Below are positions 23,834 to 32,911 of a stretch of DNA of 64,000 nucleotides, in pieces. The first letter of the stretch is position 1; each line of letters starts with the position of its first letter. The notes below the pieces were generated by a model, which saw only the letters and a program-made list of their open reading frames with translations, did no database searches and had not been told where the DNA came from. The position numbers and the translations under genes are program-made. This DNA is from Candidatus Parcubacteria bacterium (GTDB lineage Bacteria > Patescibacteriota > Minisyncoccia > Sungbacterales > SURF-37): the NCBI GenBank assembly GCA_003599755.1, contig QZJO01000009.1, positions 22,140 through 86,139 of the forward strand. The letters run 5' to 3'.

Positions 23834-24030
23834 CGACGTTTCACCAATCAAATATTTACAGCAAATATGCGGCCAACTTCGATTGCCCGCTGTTTCTCTT
23901 GATTTTTTGCCGTTTTGATTTCCGGTATTCACACCTTATACACTGATATGCCATTTCACCGGGGAATCGCTGCGGCGGAAAAACGCAAAACAGCCCGCCG
24001 AAGGCGAGCTGCTTTGCGATGGTTGCGCGG

Positions 24031-24261
24031 CTATGCGGTCGGCTGCGGCCGCGGCTCTTCCCGACGATGTCCCGCTGGGCGGCGCGGAATAACGAGCACT
24101 GCTAGCAAATATGCCAGGATACCCGGGAAAAATCCGGTGAAAATAACGATCAGGAGCCAAACCAGGCGCAAGAGCGTAGGATCCACGTCGAAATATTCTC
24201 CGATGCCGCCGACCACGCCGGCAATAATTTGATTTTCCTCGCTGCGGTACAGACGCTTCAT
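24031..24261 (-). CDS. PspC domain protein
   Basis: KRLYRS...IAGVVGGIGEYFDVDPTLLRL. Confidence 0.9.
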   Translation of the reverse strand: MKRLYRSEENQIIAGVVGGIGEYFDVDPTLLRLVWLLIVIFTGFFPGILAYLLAVLVIPRRPAGHRREEPRPQPTA

Positions 24262-24401
24262 AGTTGTTATCGTTGCCATATAACGGTGACGCATACTAAT
24301 ACTCTCCCTTTCTCGGCCGTTCCACAACGCTTCGCGATCTCCCGCTATACATAAAGTTAGGAGCGGTGCTCCTCTGCACCGCTCCCGGGCCCCGTCTCCT
24401 C

Positions 24402-25004
24402 CTATCGATTGAGGGCCTTCAAGGAATTCCGGACGCGCCGGACGATGCAGGCGGCTACGGCCGCGCCATGAACTTCCTCGTCCCCATTGGTGAAATACTC
24501 GTGGAAGCGAACTCCTCGTGCTTCCACATTCCAGCTTCGGCACGCCGTGAGCCGGCGTTCGATGTCCTCCGCGTTGTCTCCCCGTTCATGCATGCGCCGC
24601 CGGATGATCTCATCGGGTAGCGCAGCAAGGCCGATACTCAGCAGCGAATCCGCCATGCCGATGCCGGCAAGGTACTTCTGAAGATCTGCTGCGGCCGCGG
24701 GCGGGGCCTCCAAAATCCGCACGGCCCTGCCTTGGAAGCAGGCATGAACGTTCGCCTTGCGCCCGCCGTATCGGTGACCCTGCACGGGATTTATCCAGAC
24801 AAGCTCGCCGGCGTCCCGCAACCGATCGAAGGCCTTGTTCTGGATGTACTCGTACTGACCGGGAAGATCGGCCGGTTTGCGGTGCCGCGTCGTCGTAATC
24901 GGAAATGGCTTGAATTCCACCTCCTTGCTCGCGACGAGCTGTCGCAGAATCGCGCTCTTCCCCGCCCCGCTCGGTCCGCTGATCGTAAGGATGCGTGTAA
25001 CCAC
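24402..25004 (-). CDS. Guanylate-kinase-like protein (paralog 2)
   Basis: SGPSGAGKS, TTTRHRK, YEY, HRYG; GAGGAGG SD before GTG. Confidence 0.8.
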   Translation of the reverse strand: MVTRILTISGPSGAGKSAILRQLVASKEVEFKPFPITTTRHRKPADLPGQYEYIQNKAFDRLRDAGELVWINPVQGHRYGGRKANVHACFQGRAVRILEAPPAAAADLQKYLAGIGMADSLLSIGLAALPDEIIRRRMHERGDNAEDIERRLTACRSWNVEARGVRFHEYFTNGDEEVHGAAVAACIVRRVRNSLKALNR

Positions 25005-25141
25005 GAACTGCCTCCTCTCTTGCACGGTATGCTGCCTTGCCACCAGCAATGCATACATGATGCGGGAAAGCAATGCGTTCCGCTGCCGAAACGGCAGCAA
25101 AGAGTTCGGAGCGGCGCGCGCGGGCGCCGCTCCGATATCGT

Positions 25142-25753
25142 TTACGCTCGCACGCCCCACAGATACCGATAGGACTCGAGGACGCGCCGGATGATTGCGG
25201 CGCTTACCGCAGCGCCGGGAACTTCCTCATCATCGTTGACGAGGCATTCATCGAAGCATTCCAGGCGCCGGGCATCCGCATCCCAGGCGCGGCACGCGTC
25301 GAACCGATCCCGGATTTCCGCCGCGGAATCGCCGCGCTTCTCCATGCGCCGCAGCAGCACGTCGTCCGGCGCAGTCAGGTACACGCTCCAGACCGAATCA
25401 TGGATGCCGCTCTCACGCACGTACCCCTTCAGGCGCGGCACGATGTCCGGCGTGAGCGCCATAACGGATACCGCGCTTCCCCGAAGACAGGCGTTGATGT
25501 TTCGCCTGCGCCCGCCGTACCGATAGCCGCCGAACGACTTGACCCAGACGAATTCGCCCTGCTCATCGAACTCATCGAACGCCGGATTGGTGCAGTACTC
25601 GTAGTCGTCCCCTGCATCGGTCGGCCTCTGCAGCCGAGTGGTCGTGCTGAGAAACGGCCGGAACTTCGGTTCCGGATGCTCGAGCAGCCGCCGCATGATC
25701 GTGGTTTTACCCACGCCGCTTCGACCGCTCAGTACAACGATCCGTATGACCAT
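25142..25753 (-). CDS. Guanylate-kinase-like protein (paralog 1)
   Basis: SGRSGVGKT, STTTRLQR, DYEY, YRYG; GAGGAGG SD. Confidence 0.82.
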   Translation of the reverse strand: MVIRIVVLSGRSGVGKTTIMRRLLEHPEPKFRPFLSTTTRLQRPTDAGDDYEYCTNPAFDEFDEQGEFVWVKSFGGYRYGGRRRNINACLRGSAVSVMALTPDIVPRLKGYVRESGIHDSVWSVYLTAPDDVLLRRMEKRGDSAAEIRDRFDACRAWDADARRLECFDECLVNDDEEVPGAAVSAAIIRRVLESYRYLWGVRA

Positions 25754-25953
25754 CGCCCCCTCCTCGCGAATGAGTGAACTGCCCATGCCTGGCACCAGGC
25801 ATACCCGAAACGAACGACTCCGTCAACCCATGGCGTTCCCGCGCGAAAACATGCCGACATCCCGTTTCGGAATGCCGGCATGCGCTCTACTTCGACATAT
25901 AAAAATGACGTTGCCGCTGCTTCCGTCTTTCCGGGCCAACGTCAACCGCGCGA

Positions 25954-26364
25954 TCAAATGCAAAGATCCACGGAGAAATCCTGGTGGCCGCGGCCGGGCC
26001 AGCATTTCTGCATCTCCTCGATGTCGCCGACGCGCCAGGCGCCGTTTTCATACGTTACTTGGGCGCGCATGCGCGAGGCCTGGACTGAATCATCAAAAAA
26101 TCCATCATAGACGACCGTAACTATCCAGCGGCCGTTTTCTTTTTCAACATCCAGCGTGCACGAGCGGTAGCTTTCCGCGATGCCTTCCGGACGGCAGTCC
26201 GCGAACAGATATCCTTCCAAAAGCACTGCCGCCGTCTCTTCGGTCAGCTCCGGCGCGGTGCCGGCCGCGTCGCCCGTGTATGCCGGACCTTCGGAGCGCA
26301 AATACAGCCACGCGCCGCCGACAACAACGATAAGAATTGCAATCGCGATGATGACCGTCTTCAT
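25954..26364 (-). CDS. Hypothetical exported protein
   Basis: N-terminal TM; DGFFDDSV...CWPGRGHQDFS..C. Confidence 0.7.
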   Translation of the reverse strand: MKTVIIAIAILIVVVGGAWLYLRSEGPAYTGDAAGTAPELTEETAAVLLEGYLFADCRPEGIAESYRSCTLDVEKENGRWIVTVVYDGFFDDSVQASRMRAQVTYENGAWRVGDIEEMQKCWPGRGHQDFSVDLCI

Positions 26365-26496
26365 GCCAGGCATTATTGCAAATACACCGACCGTCCGCAA
26401 TACGGATGCTCTTCCTCAATCACTGAATTAAAAGTGTAGAGCGGCGCCCGCAGGCGCCGCTTTGCGATACTTGCTGCACGCGCGACTACGCTCCGG

Positions 26497-26949
26497 TCAG
26501 ACGCCCCAGGGTCGGACGAGGATGAGCCGGGGCTCGCCGTCGCCGAAGTAGTTGTCCTGCCACGACTCGACGACGAACCCGAAGTTGAGGGCGAGCCGGA
26601 GCGAGCGCCGGTTGTGCGGGTGAACCGCCATGTCGATGCGCTCGACGCTCTTGAGCTCCTTGAGCACGAAGTGCAGCGCCACGTGGCCGACGCCCCGTTC
26701 CTGGAACTCCGGCCGCACCACGATGCCGCTGATGTGCGCGTGCTTCGGGCTCTTGATCTCGTACTGGATCGTACCGGCGATCTTGCCGTCCACCGTGATG
26801 AAGTACACGATGCTCGCCGCGAGCTCCTGCCGTGCTTCATCCTGGTCAGTGATGCCCGAGTAGGTCGGGGGGCCCATGACGGAGCGCTCAACGGCCAGGT
26901 AATCGGCGAAGTCGGCGACCCGAGCCCGATAGAACTGGATGTCGCTCAC
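26497..26949 (-). CDS. GNAT acetyltransferase
   Basis: IVVRPEFQERGVG, VHPHN, FGF, YFGDGEPR; AAGGAGG SD. Confidence 0.88.
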   Translation of the reverse strand: MSDIQFYRARVADFADYLAVERSVMGPPTYSGITDQDEARQELAASIVYFITVDGKIAGTIQYEIKSPKHAHISGIVVRPEFQERGVGHVALHFVLKELKSVERIDMAVHPHNRRSLRLALNFGFVVESWQDNYFGDGEPRLILVRPWGV

Positions 26950-27079
26950 CGGTCGTTCCTCCTTTCGGTAGATGAACGTCAGCGGATGAACTTCCTGCCT
27001 GCAGCAGTACCGCAAACGGACCGAAAACGCAATCGAACAGGGGCTGCGGCGTTCTCTATGTTAACCATCGATCCGGCTT

Positions 27080-27107
27080 ATTCTGGCGTTCTTAAGAATT
27101 TGAGAAT
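27080..27107. repeat. 28-bp palindromic site, copy 1
   Basis: ATTCTGGCGTT-CTTAAG-AATTTGAGAAT. Confidence 0.75.
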
Positions 27108-27130
27108 GAATTGCCGTGTGCGGGAGGGCG

Positions 27131-27499
27131 CTATTTCCGCTGTCCCCTCTGTTGGTTTTCCTTAAGACGGGCGCGGATGATCTTTTTGATGAGTGCGGTG
27201 GGAACCTTCGCGCCGCGGGGAATCTGCAGCGTGCTCGCGACCACCTTTTGCGCGGCGAGCTCTTTTTTGAATGTCTTTTTGTCTTTGGCGCTAATCCAGA
27301 AAAAACTGCAGTGATTTTTGAATGCGGCAAAATACGCCAGCCGGCCGTTCTGGCTGTAGTACGGCATATGGTAGCTGATCGACTCTTTGGCTTTGGGCGC
27401 GGCGGCCCTGATCGTCCGGCGCAATTCCCGCAACGTGCCGCGGGCCCACGGCGGGGCTGAAGTAATGTAGGCGGTTACGGTTTTGGGGTTGGGGTTCAT
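27131..27499 (-). CDS. DUF1801/YdhG-like protein
   Basis: AAAPKAKESISYHMPYY...YFAAFKNHCSF...P..LIKKII. Confidence 0.85.
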   Translation of the reverse strand: MNPNPKTVTAYITSAPPWARGTLRELRRTIRAAAPKAKESISYHMPYYSQNGRLAYFAAFKNHCSFFWISAKDKKTFKKELAAQKVVASTLQIPRGAKVPTALIKKIIRARLKENQQRGQRK

Positions 27500-27528
27500 G
27501 GCGTTCGGCTCATTGTCATGTACCGTTT

Positions 27529-27912
27529 TTACGTTTTGCGTGAGTGCCGCTTAAGCCAGGCAGCGATGTCCGCTATGGATTCCTTCTTCATAGCTACCCG
27601 AACCATGAAGCGCACGATTTCGTTGTTCGGCGCGCTGAATTCGTAACGATTCAAGAATAAAAAGCGCGCCGCCGCTGCAATCGCCGTGCGCTTATTGCCA
27701 TCCACGAAGACGTGGTAATTCGCAATCGCTTCAAGGTAGACGGCGGCTCTGGCGAATATATCGCGATATAACTTCTTGCCGCCGAATGCCGCCTTGGGCT
27801 TATCGGCTAGAGCGGCGAACAGTCCAACGTCGCGCACGCCATGCAAGCCGCCGGTCTCGTCGATGATTTCCGAGTGAATGATGAGGATATCCTCGGCGCT
27901 TAGGTGGCGCAT
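27529..27912 (-). CDS. Doc/Fic family toxin
   Basis: HVFVDGNKRTA Fic motif; GLHGVRDVG. Confidence 0.92.
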   Translation of the reverse strand: MRHLSAEDILIIHSEIIDETGGLHGVRDVGLFAALADKPKAAFGGKKLYRDIFARAAVYLEAIANYHVFVDGNKRTAIAAAARFLFLNRYEFSAPNNEIVRFMVRVAMKKESIADIAAWLKRHSRKT

Positions 27913-27916
27913 AGGA

Positions 27917-28147
27917 TCAGCGCTTCGCGAGCGCTTCGAGCGCCGGGCGATAGCGCTCGATAAACTTGCGGGTCCAGTCGAGCGTTTCGCGATCCACGGT
28001 TTTGTGCGGCTTGATCACCACCGACGCCTGTTTTTTGTTTATCTCAACGGAAACCCGATCCCCCACTTTGAGCCCGAGTTCTTCGAGCGTGCGTTTCGGG
28101 ATGGTCACGGCGGCCGAGCTGCCGACTTTGAGCACTTTTTGGGTCAT
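27917..28147 (-). CDS. AbrB/MazE-type antitoxin
   Basis: KVGSSAAVTIPK...GLKVGD...YRPALEALAK; upstream of the Doc gene. Confidence 0.9.
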   Translation of the reverse strand: MTQKVLKVGSSAAVTIPKRTLEELGLKVGDRVSVEINKKQASVVIKPHKTVDRETLDWTRKFIERYRPALEALAKR

Positions 28148-28271
28148 ATCATGAATTATAACAATATTATAATATCGTATTCAACATAGCGCCCATCAAG
28201 TGATGACGTCAAATAGCGATATTCCATTTCTCCTGTCTTTGTAAGAAGTTCGTAAAAAGCTATCCAAGCTT

Positions 28272-28299
28272 ATTCTCAAGTTCTTAAGAACATGAGAAG
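28272..28299. repeat. 28-bp palindromic site, copy 2
   Basis: ATTCTCAAGTT-CTTAAG-AACATGAGAAG. Confidence 0.75.
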
Positions 28300-28315
28300 A
28301 AGAGTGTTGCGGGAG

Positions 28316-28636
28316 CTACACGCGGATTTCGAGGGAGAATGGAATCGTCTGGCCGGCTACGATCCCCTCTCTTTTGCGCATTTCGGCCTTGAGCGGCAGA
28401 AGGTAAGCGCCGGCTTTGGTATCGGGAAAGATTGAAGTCCGCCATTTGCTTTTGCCGATTGTGACGTTGACCGGCAGCGAGCCCCACCCTCGCTTTATCA
28501 CGCCGAACACTTTCTTGATCTCATCGGATTGCTTTTTCGGCAAGGTCACGAAATGCCACCCCGCCATGCCGGGATAAAGCCATACTTTCGCCCGCATCTC
28601 GTAGCGGGTTTTCGGTGTGCGTTTGGAGGACTGCAT
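28316..28636 (-). CDS. DUF1905 family protein
   Basis: WHFVTLP, RGWGSLPV, WRTSIFPD, YLLPLKA. Confidence 0.85.
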   Translation of the reverse strand: MQSSKRTPKTRYEMRAKVWLYPGMAGWHFVTLPKKQSDEIKKVFGVIKRGWGSLPVNVTIGKSKWRTSIFPDTKAGAYLLPLKAEMRKREGIVAGQTIPFSLEIRV

Positions 28637-28705
28637 CCGCAGTTTGCTGTTCTACTTTTTGTTTACGGTGCTATCGTCCGCGCACCATTCCATCATTCGC
28701 GCGAA

Positions 28706-29332
28706 TTAGAAATACCAAGGAAGAGGAGCAATCCCGAGCAATAGTATGGCGCATCGTATCATAACGCCTTTTTTTATTGCTTCGATATACTTGGGGTGAT
28801 CAATTTTATGCGGCGCATCTTCTACGATAATGAGCTTGGCTCGTTTCGCCAGCGCAGCAGTTTCTTCGCATCTTATTTTCAATTGCGGAAATCTGCGTCC
28901 CTCGACCGCCCCATAAAATATCGTCGTCGGCATCGTGAGGGTTTGGGCGATGGTTCGAGCGCTTCGAGTCCGAGTATCTTCGAATCTCCGCTTACCGATC
29001 AGTTTTCTAACCCAGGATTTCATAGCGGTTCGATCTTCGCGGAAATCTGGACTCAACGAGCACAAGTAGAGTTGTTTGGGCTTAAATTCGCCTGCGGTCA
29101 TAAAGGCGATAACCGCCCCATAAGAGAATCCGAGAAAATAGTCATTGCCAGTTCGATGTTCTCGGTAAAACTTTTTAAAATCAATGACATAGTCCGACAC
29201 CACGCGGTACTTCCATTTGATCGGGACCCCGAAGACTCGAAAACCTTTGTGTTTTAAGAATTTAATTAACCAACCATAATTCCGGCTCGATGTTTTTTCT
29301 TGCCAACCAGGAATGACAAAAATTGTTTTCAT
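28706..29332 (-). CDS. Alpha/beta hydrolase
   Basis: IPGW, GFSYG nucleophile elbow, C-terminal His (APH). Confidence 0.75.
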   Translation of the reverse strand: MKTIFVIPGWQEKTSSRNYGWLIKFLKHKGFRVFGVPIKWKYRVVSDYVIDFKKFYREHRTGNDYFLGFSYGAVIAFMTAGEFKPKQLYLCSLSPDFREDRTAMKSWVRKLIGKRRFEDTRTRSARTIAQTLTMPTTIFYGAVEGRRFPQLKIRCEETAALAKRAKLIIVEDAPHKIDHPKYIEAIKKGVMIRCAILLLGIAPLPWYF

Positions 29333-29523
29333 TGTTACCCGCTATTTCTTATAAATCCGAGATAAAACTGCTATGGAATTATTGTGGGTCGTGGATTGTG
29401 TTAATTTCTATTTCTACTATTCCATTATTCGCGCGAATTAGACAAGGAGACGAGAGACGAGGAGGGAGAGAAAAATGGATGGAAGAAGATTCGAGGCGGC
29501 GCCAGCAGCGCCGCCTCCTCGGT

Positions 29524-30132
29524 TTACTGTTGCTCCTGTCGCTCGTGGATACCGTAGCGCCGGAGAAGATGCTCGCGTACCTTCCCGCCCTGTTCGTACG
29601 GCACAATGACCGCCGTGATTGGGATGCCGTAGAACTGGTTCAGGAATGTGAAGACGTCGTCCATCTGCTCCTTCCCGACCTTACCGGATCCGCTGCAGTC
29701 GGTGCAACCGGCCGCGATGAGGACCTTGTGCGGCGTCCCCACCTCGTAGACCACGTCGTGACGGCTGCGATCGGGTTCCCAGCATTCCGCATGAATGACG
29801 CGAAGATACCATCCGCGCAGGAAGCCCGGGAACGCCTTGCCGAGCTCACTGACCGTATGAGCGATGAGTGGATCCTGATAGGGCGACCCGGGATACCCGA
29901 CGAGCGCGATGCGGCGAGGCCGACCGTTCTCCTGGCTCGGAACCGAAAGACCGTACGGATGCTCGTCCAGATCGCAGATCTGCTCATGCGGCTTCGCGTC
30001 ATCATATACGATGCGCTGCGCCGACCGTTGCGCGACTTGAAGCAGGTACGACAGGCCAGCCATGGCTGGAGGTAGCGAGTCGCCATTGTGCACGGCGATC
30101 CGCTGGGAGGAGTTGGGCTTAGCGTGTCTCAT
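29524..30132 (-). CDS. Hypothetical protein
   Basis: AAGGAGG SD; minus-strand TTGACT-N16-TATAAT upstream. Confidence 0.7.
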   Translation of the reverse strand: MRHAKPNSSQRIAVHNGDSLPPAMAGLSYLLQVAQRSAQRIVYDDAKPHEQICDLDEHPYGLSVPSQENGRPRRIALVGYPGSPYQDPLIAHTVSELGKAFPGFLRGWYLRVIHAECWEPDRSRHDVVYEVGTPHKVLIAAGCTDCSGSGKVGKEQMDDVFTFLNQFYGIPITAVIVPYEQGGKVREHLLRRYGIHERQEQQ

Positions 30133-30209
30133 ACGCCTCCTTGAAAGAGCATTTTTTTGTCTCGAGAGCTATTTTCTATTATATTATATTTATATAAATA
30201 GTCAAGTCT

Positions 30210-30237
30210 ATCCTCGCATTCTCAAGAATGTTGGAAT
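30210..30237. repeat. 28-bp palindromic site, copy 3
   Basis: ATCCTCGCATT-CTCAAG-AATGTTGGAAT. Confidence 0.75.
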
Positions 30238-30458
30238 GTTCCTGTCCCCTGCTTCGGATCTGTGGATTCTCGGGGCGGCGGCGATGGAGGCGTCGAGGTT
30301 TTTGATGGTGGATTTCTATGAATTGGTCGAGCCTGCGTTATTGCCTAGGACTAGGAATGTGCAGAAAATACTGTGTTTCAGAGCTTGGGTTGAAAATAAC
30401 CATAAATCCTAGTACCATTGAAACAGAAGAGTCGTTATGCCGTCAGATGTATAGTGGC

Positions 30459-30677
30459 ATGAAATTTGAGTTTACGCAGCATGCCCGGCAGCGCTGTAAG
30501 GAACGACGCATTAGATTTCAAGACGTCAAAGCGGTTGTCTCGAATCCCTCTACGACAAAGATAACTGCAGCCGGAACTATTGAAGCCCGGGGTAGAATTC
30601 GCAGCAAGACACTGGTAGTAATTTTCGCGGTGAAGCGAGATCTGCGTATAATAATTACGGCATATTATGAAGTTTAG
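30459..30677 (+). CDS. DUF4258 (RelE/BrnT-like) putative toxin
   Basis: FTQHARQRCKERRI...IIITAY; overlaps the next gene. Confidence 0.8.
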   Translation: MKFEFTQHARQRCKERRIRFQDVKAVVSNPSTTKITAAGTIEARGRIRSKTLVVIFAVKRDLRIIITAYYEV

Positions 30678-30885
30678 CTACGACAAATACGCTGACGCAG
30701 TGTATATACGAGCGAAGTCGGCAAAGATTAAAAGAACTGAAAAATTTCAGGACGATATTCTTATTGACTTTGATGCGGAAAACAAAGTCCGTGGTATAGA
30801 GATATTGAATGTATCCGAATGGCTATCTAAAGATAAAACTCCAAGCGTGGAAATCGGAAACCGCAAAATACCCATTCCGGCGTAG
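30667..30885 (+). CDS. DUF2283 family putative antitoxin
   Basis: YDKYADAVYI...ILIDFD...GIEILN. Confidence 0.85.
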   Translation: MKFSYDKYADAVYIRAKSAKIKRTEKFQDDILIDFDAENKVRGIEILNVSEWLSKDKTPSVEIGNRKIPIPA

Positions 30886-30894
30886 TGAACGAGT

Positions 30895-30925
30895 CAAAGG
30901 CCGCTCCTTTAGAGAGCGGCCTTTG
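30895..30925 (+). terminator. Intrinsic terminator
   Basis: CAAAGGCCGCTC-loop-GAGCGGCCTTTG. Confidence 0.75.
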
Positions 30926-30948
30926 TATTTCAATCGTCAATCCGGTTT

Positions 30949-30976
30949 ATTCTGATGTTCCTAAGAAGATCGGAAT
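30949..30976. repeat. 28-bp palindromic site, copy 4
   Basis: ATTCTGATGTT-CCTAAG-AAGATCGGAAT. Confidence 0.75.
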
Positions 30977-31066
30977 AAATGGAGATGGGCGGAAGATGGA
31001 TGATCGGATCTTTTGTGGGTTTGCGGGGCGGCGGCGATGGAGTTTATGCTGCTTCAGCTATGACGG

Positions 31067-31462
31067 TTAGCTTTGGAACTCCGGCTTCGAAAGATATTCC
31101 TCGGGAATGATTTTCGCTTTGATGGTCTTTGCTCCCTGGAGATAGGCCTTTGCTAACCGATGCACGCCGTCGATGACAACAAGTCGACCGTTGAATCGCC
31201 GAAGGAGGATCGGATATTGCAAGTCGGTGTCATCGACGCGTTTTTGATGCGCTGATGTCCCCGCCTCTCCGCGGATGACTTGCCATGGCGTGAGATTCCA
31301 ATCATCGGTGCCGTCCTGTTCCCAGACCGGCATATCGAAATGCCATACAAGTTCGTCGATCGCCACATCGATAATCGGCAGCGGCAACTCGCGGAGTTTT
31401 ACGGTGTCTACAAATAAATTGAGGCCGGCATCGGTCAGTATTTTGGGCGGTGTTTGTTCCAT
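31067..31462 (-). CDS. Small ParB/Srx-like domain protein
   Basis: DLQYPIL...VIDGVHRLAKA. Confidence 0.8.
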   Translation of the reverse strand: MEQTPPKILTDAGLNLFVDTVKLRELPLPIIDVAIDELVWHFDMPVWEQDGTDDWNLTPWQVIRGEAGTSAHQKRVDDTDLQYPILLRRFNGRLVVIDGVHRLAKAYLQGAKTIKAKIIPEEYLSKPEFQS

Positions 31463-31509
31463 AAAAACATGAGAAGCTGCGGGGCTGATTGAAAGCGAGG
31501 AAATGTGAC

Positions 31510-31537
31510 ATTCTCACATTCTCAAGAATGTTGGAAT
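31510..31537. repeat. 28-bp palindromic site, copy 5
   Basis: ATTCTCACATT-CTCAAG-AATGTTGGAAT. Confidence 0.75.
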
Positions 31538-32018
31538 GTACTCGTTTCCTGTGGCCTGTCCCCTGTTCTGGGCTGGTGGGTTTGCGGGGCGGCGGCGATG
31601 GAGGCGTCGAGGGGTTTAAGGGGCGGATTTTATGGTTGCTGCCAAAGTGGGACGAGTTCCGAACGATAAAGTGGGATGAAATGTTCGAATTTCCTAGCGT
31701 TTCTCTCGACCAGATGCAGAAATTGCTTGCGCTCCAGTGATGCCGGATCAACATTCGAACCGGCTATTAGTTGAAACTGGCAGAGCAACGCTGCTGGTAT
31801 TTTGTAGTAATGAATGATAATGCCAGCGTGTTAGTATTTGCATTCACAATCTTCGCCATTATAGTCACTCTGTTTTTGCTGCCATCGGTTTTTGGACTCT
31901 ACGCTACGCGCCAACCGTGGCGATTTGAAGAATGGTGCCTCGGCGTTTACGGTAAAGAACGATGTGAACGAGAGCGCCATCTTCTCCGGTGGGAGTTTTC
32001 TGAATTTCAGTAAAAGAT

Positions 32019-32798
32019 TCACTTTCGAGTTCTTAAGTCTTTCAAAAACTTCGAAAATGTCTTCTGTAAATTCGGAAGGCCGCTTAGTGAATCGTTCCCA
32101 AATTTTATCAGTAGAATCGCTCCGGGGACTGCGAAGACAATATACGACAAGAAGTAGAATAGCCACCAGCTTTTATCTGTATACTTTGGAATTACAACTA
32201 AACTACCGCCGAGTCGCACAGCGGCAATTTCCGGTGAATCAATAACTTGCCCGACATTAGAAATCGCACAGAATATTTCCTGCCATCTTTGCGAAACTTC
32301 CGTGATACGAATAGAGGACAAAACTTGTCTGCGCTGCCCGGGATCGATTTCAACTGGCTCACCATTGCCCGGAGGGGTACATTTCAGTGTAAATGCTGTC
32401 GATGTAGCAAAAATTGGCTCGTCTTGTGTTCCCGAAAATTGATCTAGCGCGAGATGATTTTCAATTTCGATGTTGTATTCAATTCTCGGAGATGACCTTA
32501 ACCATCCGATGAATTCGTTTATTTCTTTTTGTTCAACCGCTTCTCGGACCGCTTGAGCAATTTGATCATCAGCTGGATAGAGGATCTCATTCCCCTCTCG
32601 AGCAATTGAGGCTTCGAAACCATATGATGATTCGTTGAATGAGAAGCTAATACCCTTGACGGACGGCGAAATGAAAAAATAACCAACCTCCAAGAGCAAC
32701 GCGACCAGAAGAACACCGAAAATCGGCCAAAAATGCCTAAAGAAAATTTTCAAAAATCTGAAAACTTTCTGGCTAGCCTCGCCAAATTTTGAAAGCAT
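32019..32798 (-). CDS. Hypothetical membrane protein (N- and C-terminal TM)
   Basis: Long ORF in the AT-rich island with two hydrophobic segments. Confidence 0.65.
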   Translation of the reverse strand: MLSKFGEASQKVFRFLKIFFRHFWPIFGVLLVALLLEVGYFFISPSVKGISFSFNESSYGFEASIAREGNEILYPADDQIAQAVREAVEQKEINEFIGWLRSSPRIEYNIEIENHLALDQFSGTQDEPIFATSTAFTLKCTPPGNGEPVEIDPGQRRQVLSSIRITEVSQRWQEIFCAISNVGQVIDSPEIAAVRLGGSLVVIPKYTDKSWWLFYFLSYIVFAVPGAILLIKFGNDSLSGLPNLQKTFSKFLKDLRTRK

Positions 32799-32911
32799 AG
32801 CGGTTAATCACTTCGGTCTTGTCGTTTCAAATGGGAAAATTTTGTAATATCGCGCAATTTCTTTCTCCCGCGAAGGACTAAAGGACTTGCGGGCGAGGCT
32901 CTCTAGAAGTC

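Noticed and set aside
23763-23944. Replication origin
   Set aside because: Few boxes, no dnaA/dnaN nearby and no clear unwinding element; cannot be excluded without GC skew
27080-31603. Repeats as a CRISPR array
   Set aside because: Spacing is 560-1940 bp and contains genes; copies are degenerate; no cas1 or effector genes
31771-32166. Small ORFs 31771-32013 (+) and 31831-32166 (-), or a frameshifted extension of 32019-32798
   Set aside because: No motif or SD support; cannot be told from chance ORFs by eye
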